This document shows, piece by piece, positions 1 to 7,650 of a DNA stretch of 35,922 nt (position 1 is its first letter; each line of letters starts with the position of its first letter). Made by a program: the position numbers and the translations under genes. This DNA comes from Ardenticatenaceae bacterium (GTDB taxonomy: Bacteria > Chloroflexota > Anaerolineae > Ardenticatenales > Ardenticatenaceae), in the NCBI GenBank assembly GCA_036386615.1, contig DASVVH010000213.1:1-35922 (forward strand), written 5' to 3'. The notes under the pieces were generated by a model, which was not told the DNA's origin, ran no database searches, and saw only the letters and a program-made list of their open reading frames with translations.

Positions 1-160
1 ACCCTACATTGATTTCCGGCGCTATCCCCTGTTGCGAGCGACGGAATATTATGGCTGCCATCTTTACGGCGAAAGCACGCAGCGCTGGGAGCCATAGCAA
101 GGAAACCCATGTCAGACACTTAGCCCTGGGAAACGCCCTCCAAAAATAATGAGGACCGGG

Positions 161-212
161 AACGAGGCGACTTCTGCTTTGCCGAGAAGCAGAAGTCGCC
201 TCGTTTATTTTG
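161..212. terminator. Intrinsic-terminator-like hairpin between the window-start region and the 3' end of the PA14 gene
   Basis: Perfect 19-bp stem: aacgaggcgacttctgctt (161-179) pairs with aagcagaagtcgcctcgtt (187-205), with a 7-nt loop. On the plus strand it is followed by tattttg. An open plus-strand frame runs from the window edge to TAG at 95-97, so the hairpin may serve convergent genes. Confidence 0.6.
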
Positions 213-249
213 CCCCTTGTAGATGGTCTCGCTGCGCCGCGTCCGAGGT

Positions 250-3102
250 TTACTCCGGTAGCGGTTCGCCCGGCAGGGGTCCGGCGGGAACGAGCGCGGT
301 GTTGGGCGCGTTCGGGCTGGGGCTTCCCCCTGCCCATCCACCTGCCTGGTTGCGGTTGTAGGTGACGTTGGCATTGAGCACCGGGTAAGTAACGGTGTCC
401 ACAACAGCCCCGGCTGCATTCAGCAGGGATAGCGTGCCGCCCGTATCGCTCAGCACCAGCCCCGTCTGCTTGCCATAGAGGACCAGGAACTCGCCGCGCT
501 TCAGGTTCGTGCCCTGCGTGAAGCGGTAGATTGGCCCGTTCGCGCCCACTCGCAGTGCCCAGCCGTTCAGATTCACGTTGGATGTGCCTGCGTTGTGCAG
601 TTCGAGCCACTGGTCGCCCTGGTCCACAACACCGTCCTTGTTCCAGTCGTTCGCGCCCACGACGGTCAGCAGTTCGTTGAGCCGCGCGCCTGCTGGTTGC
701 GGCGCGACCGTGCTGGTCGGCGTCGCGGTGGGTGGCACCTGCGTGGGCGTGCTCGTAGGTGGTATAGGCGTGCTCGTCGGCGTGCTGGTCGGCGTGCTCG
801 TCGGCGGCACGGGCGTGCTGGTCGGCGTATTGGTTGGCGGCACAGGTGTGTTGGTTGGTGTGTTCGTCGGCGGCACGCGGGTTGGCGTGCTGGTGGATGG
901 AACCCGTGTAGGCGTGAGCGTGTTGGTCGCGGTGGGCGTGGGCGTCGCCATCAGCTCCCACCCCATTCTGATTCTCGCGTCGCCTACGTGGTCGTAATAT
1001 AGGACTGTTATCCTGTGATTGCCATTCAGCGACAGGTCCACGTAGTCGAAGTTGTTCTCGCTGTTGAACCAGCGCTTGAGCACTTCACGGTCGTCCACGA
1101 AGAGCCAGAAGCCGTCGTCGCCGTGTAGGGTGAGGCGGTAGGTGCCCGGCGCGAAGGAGAGTTCTCGCGTCCAGCGTGCCGAGAAGCCATCGGCAGGTAG
1201 GCCCGCCGCCGGTGCGTTGGTGCCCCAGTTGAAGTTAATCTCCCTGTCGTTCCGCACCAGCGCGGGGCTGCCGCTCAGGTTCCCGTTCGTCCAGTACTCG
1301 CCCTTCCACTCGCGGATGGTTGGCCCGGCCAGCTTCTCCCAGGCGAGGCGCACGCGGGCGTCACCCGTGCGCTCGTAGTATTCCAGGCGCAGGCTGTGCG
1401 TGCCCGTCGTCAGCGCGACTTCATTCGAGAGGTCGCGGGAGCCGCCATCGGACCACTCGTTGACCACCTGCACATCGTCTATCCAGAGGCGAACCCCGTC
1501 ATCGGCGGCGACGGTGAAGCGATAGCTGCCGCCGTCGAAGTGGAGGCTGCGCGTCCAGCGCGCCGAGAAGTTGTCGGCGGGAATGGCGCTCGCGGGCGAG
1601 CCGCCGCCCCAGTTGAAGTCGAGGTTAGTGTCATTGCGAACCAGCGCGGGGGTGCCGGAGAGCGAGAGGTTGTTCCAGTACTCGCCCTTCCATTCGGGGT
1701 AGGCGGCCAGCCGCTCCCACCAGGCGCGAACCTGCGCAGTGCCCTCGTTCTCGTAGTACTCCACGCGGACGCTGTGCGTGCCCGCCGTCAGCCGAACGTC
1801 GCCCTGCATGTCGCGGCTCGGCCCGTTCTGCCAGGCGTCAATTACCAGCGCGCCGTCCACGTAGAGCCGCATCCCATCGTCCACCCTCCCCCGGAAGCGG
1901 TACAGCCCCTCCTCGAAGGTTAGCTCACGGCTCCAACGGGCGGAGAAGCCATCGGCGGGCAGCCCGGCGGCAGGCGCGACGGTGCCCCAGTTGAAGTTGA
2001 CCTCGTTGTCGTTCCGCACCAGCGCGGGTGCTCCCGCCAGCGTGCGGTTGCCGTAGTATTCGCCGCGCCACGCCGTAATCGCGGGCGTCGCGGTCTGTGT
2101 TGGGTTCGGCGTGTTCGTCGGGTTGGGCCGCGTCGCCGTCGCGGCTGCGGGTACGGTCGTCGTTGTTGGGTTCGGGCGCGTGGCTGTCGCCGTCGCGGCG
2201 GGAGCGGGCGGTGTGTTGGTGGGGGCGGGCGGCGCGGGCGTGGCGACCACCGGGGCCGCGCCCGTGAAGTCCGTCAAAGCGCGCGAGACCCAGCCAATCG
2301 TGCCGTTGGGCAGCGCCACCTGGAGCCAGTCGCCCTCGCTATTCTGGCCGAGCACGGTCAGTTCCGTGCCCGACCCGCCGACGGTAATAATGGCGTAGCT
2401 CGTCCCCGGCCCGCGCCGCACGTTGGCGTCGCTGGTCAGGGTAGCGGCATCATCCGGCCCCGCCGCGCCGCCTTCCGGCAGCGTCGCGGTGGGCGGAACG
2501 GTTGCAGGCACCGCCTCTGTCGGAACCGCCGTCGCAGGCTCGCTGCTCGGCGGGGGAGTGGTCGGTTCAGCCGTCGCCGTTGTTTCGGGGGTCGTTCCGG
2601 TGGTCGGCGTCTCATCTACATTCGGGGTCTCCGTCACGGGTGCCGCCACGCTGACCACCTGGAAGGTCGCAGAGGTCGTGGCGCTGCCGGATGTCGCTTG
2701 CAGCACCACCAGGGCTGACGGCAGCGCCGTCCATCGTTCCTCCACAGGGTAAACAAACGTGCCGCTGACCTCGCCGCGCTCGTTCGCCTCTAAAATCAGC
2801 ACGGCGGCACCGTCAAGCTGGCCCGTCTGCGGGTCGCCGAGGCGCACCAGTATCGTCTCGCCCGATTGCCACCCCGCGCTCGCAAGCGTGACTGTCGTGC
2901 CCGGCGCGCCGCTCGTGGGCGAGAGCAGCATCGTAGGCTGGACGATGACGATGGCGGTGCTCCCCGGCGTCGGCTGGCGGTCCATTGCCCCCGCCGTGAA
3001 GCCGCCCAGCGCTATACCCAGTGCAACCGTAATCATCACGAAGAAGACGACGGTGAGAATCACCAGCCAGGAGTTTCTTTTTAGCGTATCCATCACGTTC
3101 AT
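250..3102 (-). CDS. Large membrane-anchored or secreted multidomain protein: N-terminal TM helix, Ig-like region, Pro/Thr linkers, bacterial SH3 domain, three tandem PA14 domains, C-terminal lamin-tail (LTD) domain
   Basis: The ORF 250..3141 has three ~125-aa repeats with the PA14 signature (W+GEYaxN..LsG.P...R.D..hNFNWG....PADxFSARWTR...F..G.YRF....DDG.RLahD). An SH3b-like segment reads ANVRRGPGTSYAIITV...GDWLQVALPNGTIGWV. An LTD-like C-terminus reads LNELL...QWLELHN.G...VNLNGWAL. I place the start at ATG 3102 (MNVMDTLKRNSW...), which has AGAGGGA 8 nt upstream; the longest ORF starts at 3141. Confidence 0.85.
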   Translation of the reverse strand: MNVMDTLKRNSWLVILTVVFFVMITVALGIALGGFTAGAMDRQPTPGSTAIVIVQPTMLLSPTSGAPGTTVTLASAGWQSGETILVRLGDPQTGQLDGAAVLILEANERGEVSGTFVYPVEERWTALPSALVVLQATSGSATTSATFQVVSVAAPVTETPNVDETPTTGTTPETTATAEPTTPPPSSEPATAVPTEAVPATVPPTATLPEGGAAGPDDAATLTSDANVRRGPGTSYAIITVGGSGTELTVLGQNSEGDWLQVALPNGTIGWVSRALTDFTGAAPVVATPAPPAPTNTPPAPAATATATRPNPTTTTVPAAATATRPNPTNTPNPTQTATPAITAWRGEYYGNRTLAGAPALVRNDNEVNFNWGTVAPAAGLPADGFSARWSRELTFEEGLYRFRGRVDDGMRLYVDGALVIDAWQNGPSRDMQGDVRLTAGTHSVRVEYYENEGTAQVRAWWERLAAYPEWKGEYWNNLSLSGTPALVRNDTNLDFNWGGGSPASAIPADNFSARWTRSLHFDGGSYRFTVAADDGVRLWIDDVQVVNEWSDGGSRDLSNEVALTTGTHSLRLEYYERTGDARVRLAWEKLAGPTIREWKGEYWTNGNLSGSPALVRNDREINFNWGTNAPAAGLPADGFSARWTRELSFAPGTYRLTLHGDDGFWLFVDDREVLKRWFNSENNFDYVDLSLNGNHRITVLYYDHVGDARIRMGWELMATPTPTATNTLTPTRVPSTSTPTRVPPTNTPTNTPVPPTNTPTSTPVPPTSTPTSTPTSTPIPPTSTPTQVPPTATPTSTVAPQPAGARLNELLTVVGANDWNKDGVVDQGDQWLELHNAGTSNVNLNGWALRVGANGPIYRFTQGTNLKRGEFLVLYGKQTGLVLSDTGGTLSLLNAAGAVVDTVTYPVLNANVTYNRNQAGGWAGGSPSPNAPNTALVPAGPLPGEPLPE

Positions 3103-3210
3103 TTCTATGGTCCCTCTACTCTCCAAGAGCAGCGCGAGCATCAGAACAATACAGTGCTCGACTTTCCTTAAGAGTACCGGATTCGGGTTCGTGTTACATC
3201 AGCTTGATAG

Positions 3211-3249
3211 ACGGTTTTTCCCCTCCGCACAATGGAGCGGAAAAACCGT
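3211..3249. promoter_or_regulatory. Strong palindromic hairpin upstream of the PA14 gene
   Basis: acggtttttcc (3211-3221) is the exact reverse complement of ggaaaaaccgt (3239-3249). An inner ctcc/ggag pairing adds to the stem. Its function is unknown. Confidence 0.4.
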
Positions 3250-3301
3250 TATAAGCCGTGTGAACCTACGAGCCTCCTACGCGGTTCGGCGTAGCCCCGC
3301 C

Positions 3302-3423
3302 GAATGCGGAATGCGGAATGAACGGAGGACGACCAACGACCGACGACCGACGACCGACGACCGCCAACGGCTCAACGGCATAATGCAAAGACGCAAAGGC
3401 GCAAGGACGCAAGGACGCAAGGG
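3302..3423. repeat. Mosaic intergenic repeat, module F1: GAATGCG x2, GACGACC heptamer x5, aacggcataa core, GCAAGGAC octamer x4-5
   Basis: The tandem tracts are read directly. The same module order recurs at 12009-12128 (same orientation) and, reverse-complemented, at about 10305-10379 and 12975-13087. Confidence 0.85.
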
Positions 3424-3431
3424 AATTTCAT

Positions 3432-3618
3432 CAGGGTTGTGTCTAAGGCGGTGAGGAGGGGGAGGGAGCGAGGGTGAAGTGGGGCTGAAGAGGACAAGAC
3501 CAGTATAGGCCAGTAACGGCCAGTACTGGCGAGAGGAAAAGGCCAGTGTAGCGGTAGGTAGTTTCCAGGCAGTGCAGAGATATATTACAATGGACCACGC
3601 AACTATGACACAGCACTG
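3432..3618. mobile_element. MITE-like element, older copy of the family seen at 24922-25104
   Basis: The ends cagggttgtgtctaa (3432-3446) and tatgacacagcactg (3604-3618) are imperfect inverted repeats. They match the TIRs of the 24922-25104 copy in 13/15 and 12/15 positions. The two copies share an identical internal 34-nt stretch, ccagtataggccagtaacggccagtactggcgag. No target duplication is visible here. Confidence 0.6.
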
Positions 3619-3642
3619 CTAAAGAACCTCCATAAATCGTAT

Positions 3643-3686
3643 CGCCGTTATCCCGCATCTCGCATCCCGTATCCCGCATCCCGCAC
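3643..3686. repeat. Heptamer tandem tract ATCCCGC x5, the reverse complement of the GCGGGAT tract of module F2, with the ccgttatc junction
   Basis: cgccgttatcccgcatctcgcatcccgtatcccgcatcccgcacc is the reverse complement of the GCGGGAT...gataacgg tract seen at 10188-10234 and 12861-12893. Confidence 0.85.
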
Positions 3687-3751
3687 CTCTTTCTCCTTTT
3701 TCCTTTTTCCCTTATTCTTCCCTCCGCACAATGACGTGACAGGAGAGCACC

Positions 3752-5242
3752 TTGTTCGACAAAATCCTCATCGCCAATCGTGGCGAGATTGCCGTTCGCG
3801 TTGCGCGGACCTGCCGCCGCCTCGGCATCGCCACCGTAGCCGTCTATTCCGAAGCCGACGCGGGAGCCTATCACACCCGCGAGGCCGACGAGACCGTCCT
3901 CATCGGCCCGGCATCCCCCGCCCAGAGCTACCTTCGCGGCGACCGCATCATCGAGGCGGCGCTGGAACGCGGCGCGCAGGCCATCCACCCCGGCTACGGC
4001 TTCCTCTCGGAGAACGCCGACTTCGCTCAGGCCGTGCGCGAGGCCGGGCTGGTCTTTATCGGCCCGGACGCCGAGGCCATCGCGCAGATGGGGTCCAAGA
4101 CGGCGGCGCGGGCACTGATGGAGGCGGCAGGCGTGCCCGTCGTGCCGGGCTACCAGGCGGGGGGAAGCGAAGTGGAGTTCGCGGATGCCGCCGCGAGCAT
4201 CGGCTATCCCGTGCTCGTCAAGGCGGCGGCAGGCGGCGGCGGGAAGGGGATGCGCGTCGTCGAGCAGCCATCGGAGTTAGGGGACGCGCTCGGCTCGGCC
4301 CGGCGCGAGGCGCGCAATGCCTTTGGCGACGATACGGTTTTCCTCGAAAAGTACGTCACCGAGCCGCGCCACGTCGAGTTCCAGGTGCTCGCCGACGCGC
4401 AGGGCAACACCGTTCACCTCTTCGAGCGCGACTGCTCCATCCAGCGCCGCCACCAGAAAGTCATCGAGGAGACACCCTCCCCCATCGTGACGCCCGCCCT
4501 ACGCGCCCGCATGGGCGAGGCGGCGGTGGCGGCGGCACGCGCCGTCAACTACCGGAACGCCGGAACCGTCGAGTTCATCGTGGACGCGCAGGGCAACTTC
4601 TACTTTCTGGAGATGAACACGCGCCTCCAGGTGGAGCACCCCGTCACGGAGATGGTCACGGGGCTGGACCTCGTGGAACTGCAACTGCGCGTCGCGGCGG
4701 GCGAGCCGCTGCCCTGGACGCAGGACGACCTCGCGCAGCACGGCCACGCTATCGAGTGCCGTGTCTACGCCGAAGACCCCGCCAACAACTTCCTCCCCTC
4801 CACTGGCCCCGTCCTGCTGGCCGACGAGCCTGTGGGCGCGCGCGTGGACGCGGGCGTGAGGACGGGCGACGAGGTGACGATTCACTACGACCCGATGATT
4901 TCCAAGGTCATCGTCCACGCCGACACCCGCGACGACGCCATTCGCCGGATGCAGTGGGCGCTCGGTCACTACACCCTCCTCGGCCTCACCACCAACCTCG
5001 CCTTCCTGCGTGCCCTGCTCGACCACCCCGCCTTCCAGCGCGGCGAGGCGACCACCCACTTCATTGACCAGCATATGGGCAACCTGGAGGCACCACCCAG
5101 CCCGCCGCCGGACGACGCGCTCATCGCCCTGGCGCTCCACGACCTGCTGGCCCAGCGCCGCGCCGACGAGCCTCTGCGCCTGGCGAGTGGCGACCCCTAC
5201 AACCCCTGGCAACTCGCCGATGGCTTCAGGATGGGAGAGTAA
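3752..5242 (+). CDS. Biotin carboxylase (BC domain plus N-terminal part of the BT domain) of a methylcrotonyl-/propionyl-/acetyl-CoA carboxylase alpha chain
   Basis: MFDKILIANRGEIAVRVARTCRRLGI... followed by ATP-grasp motifs (GYPVLVKAAAGGGGKGMR, EMNTRLQVEHPVTE). The start is TTG with AGGAGAG 5 nt upstream. The protein ends ...DPYNPWQLADGFRMGE, which corresponds to the BC/BT junction of fused MCC/PCC alpha chains. Confidence 0.93.
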   Translation: MFDKILIANRGEIAVRVARTCRRLGIATVAVYSEADAGAYHTREADETVLIGPASPAQSYLRGDRIIEAALERGAQAIHPGYGFLSENADFAQAVREAGLVFIGPDAEAIAQMGSKTAARALMEAAGVPVVPGYQAGGSEVEFADAAASIGYPVLVKAAAGGGGKGMRVVEQPSELGDALGSARREARNAFGDDTVFLEKYVTEPRHVEFQVLADAQGNTVHLFERDCSIQRRHQKVIEETPSPIVTPALRARMGEAAVAAARAVNYRNAGTVEFIVDAQGNFYFLEMNTRLQVEHPVTEMVTGLDLVELQLRVAAGEPLPWTQDDLAQHGHAIECRVYAEDPANNFLPSTGPVLLADEPVGARVDAGVRTGDEVTIHYDPMISKVIVHADTRDDAIRRMQWALGHYTLLGLTTNLAFLRALLDHPAFQRGEATTHFIDQHMGNLEAPPSPPPDDALIALALHDLLAQRRADEPLRLASGDPYNPWQLADGFRMGE

Positions 5243-5244
5243 CT

Positions 5245-5730
5245 ATGGAGTTCCGCTACCAGCACGGGGAGGAAAGCTACGTCGTTCGCGTCACGGAGCG
5301 GCCCGGCGGCTTTGAGGTCCGCATTGGCGACCAAACCTATGAGGTGCGTGCCCAGGAGATAGACGCTTCTACGCTCGACCTGTGGATAGAGGGGCGCTAC
5401 CAGCGCGCCCGCCTCGCCACGCGCGAGGAGGAGCGTTGGGTCGCGCTCGATGGCGAGAGCCACCACCTGACCCGCGCCCGCCGACGCCGCAAACGCGGCT
5501 CGGCTGGGGAGGGCGAAGAGACCCTCGCCGCCTCCATGCCCGGCCAGATTGTCGCCGTCCTCGTCTCCTCCGGCGATACGGTTGAGCGCGGCCAGCCCCT
5601 CGTCATCATGGAGGCGATGAAGATGGAGCTTCGTGTCGCCGCGCCGCACGACGGCACCGTTGCCCGCGTCCTCGTCTCCGAGGGGGAAGCCGTCGAGCGC
5701 GGCCAGACGCTGATTGAGATGGGAAAATAG
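5245..5730 (+). CDS. Biotin carboxyl carrier protein: C-terminal part of the BT domain plus the biotinyl domain
   Basis: The biotinylation motif EAMKME is present and the C-terminal ~70 aa are typical of biotinyl/lipoyl domains. The ATG lies 2 nt after the upstream TAA, with GGGAGAG upstream, which indicates translational coupling. Confidence 0.9.
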   Translation: MEFRYQHGEESYVVRVTERPGGFEVRIGDQTYEVRAQEIDASTLDLWIEGRYQRARLATREEERWVALDGESHHLTRARRRRKRGSAGEGEETLAASMPGQIVAVLVSSGDTVERGQPLVIMEAMKMELRVAAPHDGTVARVLVSEGEAVERGQTLIEMGK

Positions 5731-5786
5731 ATTGTTCGCTGCCGAGGTCTATAGTTGTTCCTCACGAGGATGCTAATTCAACTTGC

Positions 5787-6554
5787 TTAACTGCTTAACT
5801 GTTGATATATGTATCCATAACTAGCGTAGTGGTCAAGGTCCTGCATAAGAAGAATCACCTTAAAGAAGAACGCGAATTCTTCAGGATTATCCATAGTGGC
5901 AGTCATCTCCTCTTTCACCTCTTCTTGAGATTCGAGTGCGTACTTGTGCCAGCCGATTCTTATCTCTGGTATTTCTTTTCGATAATCAATCTGCAAATAT
6001 CCATCACGGTAATGGAGGGTTGTGTCATCCTTGCCAAGTCCAGTATTTATATACATCTCGCTGCGTGTGGTTGAGGAAATGACTCTTTGTAGTACGGCAA
6101 TAAAAGCTGCTACTAAATCACAGTACACTTCAATGTCCTCTATTTGCGGCACTTCATAAGAATGTTCCATCGAGTTGCGGAGAGTATTTAAACGTACTAG
6201 AGACCGTGAGTTAAATATGTCGCACGCTTTCAGGAACTCAAGTTTCTTTTCAAACTTCAAGTTTTTCTTGTGAAATATCTGGTAAAGGTTATAGGCGTAG
6301 AAGAAAGTATCTAACTGACAATCCATAGCCCTCTTGAGATTGGTCACACAGTTAGTCAAATGCCGTATTCTCGCTTGGTCACTCGTTGCTTCTAGGTGCA
6401 AAGCGAGTTCCTGCTCTGCAAAGTTGAGGTAGTCACGGGCGTAGAGGTCGAAGTCTGGCGAGTCTGGATAGTGGCCGCCTGAACTATCAACCTCCATTGA
6501 ATCAATATTGTCCAGCAGGAAGCTACGAAGCTTCTCAATCTTTTCGGTTGACAT
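5787..6554 (-). CDS. Orphan hypothetical protein with a HEPN-type RNxxxH motif (Abi-like putative RNase) in a low-GC island
   Basis: A 255-aa ORF with GAGG upstream of its ATG. The local G+C is far lower than in the neighbouring genes. LRNSMEH (R126-H131, nt 6162-6179) sits in a helix-rich N-terminal ~160 aa, as does the Rx4-6H motif of HEPN nucleases. The C-terminal ~95 aa are of unknown function. Confidence 0.75.
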   Translation of the reverse strand: MSTEKIEKLRSFLLDNIDSMEVDSSGGHYPDSPDFDLYARDYLNFAEQELALHLEATSDQARIRHLTNCVTNLKRAMDCQLDTFFYAYNLYQIFHKKNLKFEKKLEFLKACDIFNSRSLVRLNTLRNSMEHSYEVPQIEDIEVYCDLVAAFIAVLQRVISSTTRSEMYINTGLGKDDTTLHYRDGYLQIDYRKEIPEIRIGWHKYALESQEEVKEEMTATMDNPEEFAFFFKVILLMQDLDHYASYGYIYQQLSS

Positions 6555-6765
6555 CTCTTCCTCTTTGATTGACTCTGTACCCTGAAAGTGCCGTAGACTG
6601 CAAGCAACTTCTTGTTAGATATTGATACATAAAGTGACTAAGGGCAAAGTCAGTACATGGTTGAGCATGGTCAGACGCTTTGATTCCTCCAACTGCATGG
6701 CGTCACGAATGGTCTGCTGCAATGGAAACATTGCCAAGAAGATAATTACTAGAGGTTGCTGATCT

Positions 6766-7572
6766 ATGAACACCATGAAATCAGATGACGACTGGCAGAT
6801 GCCCAGCCTCCGCCTCGATGGGCGCGTCGCGCTCGTCACGGGCGGCAGCCGGGGCCTGGGGTCGGGCATGGCCCTCACCCTCGCTCATGCCGGGGCGAAC
6901 CTCGCCCTCGCCGCGCGCACCCCCTCCGAACTCGAAGAGGCCGCCGCGCAGCTTCGCGCCCTTGGACGAGAGGTGATAACTATCCCCACCGACGTGTCCA
7001 ACGTCCCCGCCGTGCGAGAGATGGTCCACACCGTCGCCGACCACTACGGGCGGCTGGACATCCTCGTCAACGCGGCGGGCATCAACATCCGCCAGCCCGC
7101 CGCCACCTTCACCGAAGAGGACTGGGACCGCCTCATGGCCGTCAACCTCAAGGGAGCCTTCTTCGCCTCGCAGGAGGCCGCGCCCATCATGCGCCGCCAG
7201 GGCAAGGGCAAAATCATCAACGTTAGCTCCCTCTCCTCCGAGATTGTCCTGCCCAACATCGCCCTCTACGCCATCAGCAAGGGGGGTATGCGCCAGATGA
7301 CCCGCGCCCTCGCCGTCGAGTGGGCCGCCGATAACATCATGGTCAACGCCATCGCGCCGGGCCGCTTCTGGACCGCCATGACCAACGCCGTCTTCTCCAA
7401 CCCCGACCTGTACGCCAGCGCCGTCAGTGTTATCCCGCTGGGACGGCCCGGCGTTGCCAGCGACCTCGCGGGCGTCACCCTCCTCCTCGCCTCCGACGCC
7501 TCCGACTACATCACCGGGCAAACCCTCATCGTGGATGGCGGCTGGTCCGTCAGCGCGGGCGCGAAGGCATAG
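6766..7572 (+). CDS. SDR-family oxidoreductase (gluconate 5-dehydrogenase / KduD / FabG-like)
   Basis: It has the TGGSRGLG cofactor motif, an NAAG motif and the catalytic YAISKGG (YxxxK). Confidence 0.9.
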   Translation: MNTMKSDDDWQMPSLRLDGRVALVTGGSRGLGSGMALTLAHAGANLALAARTPSELEEAAAQLRALGREVITIPTDVSNVPAVREMVHTVADHYGRLDILVNAAGINIRQPAATFTEEDWDRLMAVNLKGAFFASQEAAPIMRRQGKGKIINVSSLSSEIVLPNIALYAISKGGMRQMTRALAVEWAADNIMVNAIAPGRFWTAMTNAVFSNPDLYASAVSVIPLGRPGVASDLAGVTLLLASDASDYITGQTLIVDGGWSVSAGAKA

Positions 7573-7597
7573 CCGGGATAGATAATTGGCTACACGC

Positions 7598-7636
7598 AAA
7601 GCGCCTGCGGTCACTGGACCGCAGGCGCTTTATCGT
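7598..7636 (+). terminator. Rho-independent terminator after the SDR gene, probably shared with the convergent gene
   Basis: Perfect 12-bp stem: gcgcctgcggtc (7601-7612) pairs with gaccgcaggcgc (7617-7628), with loop actg. It is followed by tttatcgtt and preceded by aaa. Confidence 0.75.
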
Positions 7637-7650
7637 TCTACGCGTGGTCT

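Noticed and set aside
3302-3686. Considered whether the short tandem tracts here, and at 10188-10379 and 12009-12054, form a CRISPR array.
   Set aside because: The units are 7-10 nt long and directly abut one another with no spacers. The tracts are only 20-45 nt long. No cas genes are present.
3736-5067. A 443-aa plus-strand ORF overlapping the biotin carboxylase gene in another frame.
   Set aside because: Its composition is extremely Arg/Pro/Gly-rich, typical of an out-of-frame shadow in GC-rich coding DNA. The overlapping frame has unmistakable biotin carboxylase motifs.
5235-5250. The junction between the carboxylase BC and BCCP ORFs, read as a frameshift pseudogene.
   Set aside because: The stop is followed after 2 nt by an ATG with a properly spaced GGGAGAG RBS, and both parts are intact. 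I call these two coupled genes, with the frameshift alternative left open in the findings.
6615-6776. A small minus-strand ORF (38-53 codons, MFPLQQTIRDAMQLEESKRL...) upstream of the HEPN-like gene, as a possible antitoxin partner.
   Set aside because: It has no RBS, the longer version overlaps the SDR start, and it resembles neither MNT nor other HEPN partners. It is worth a Ribo-seq look but is not supported.
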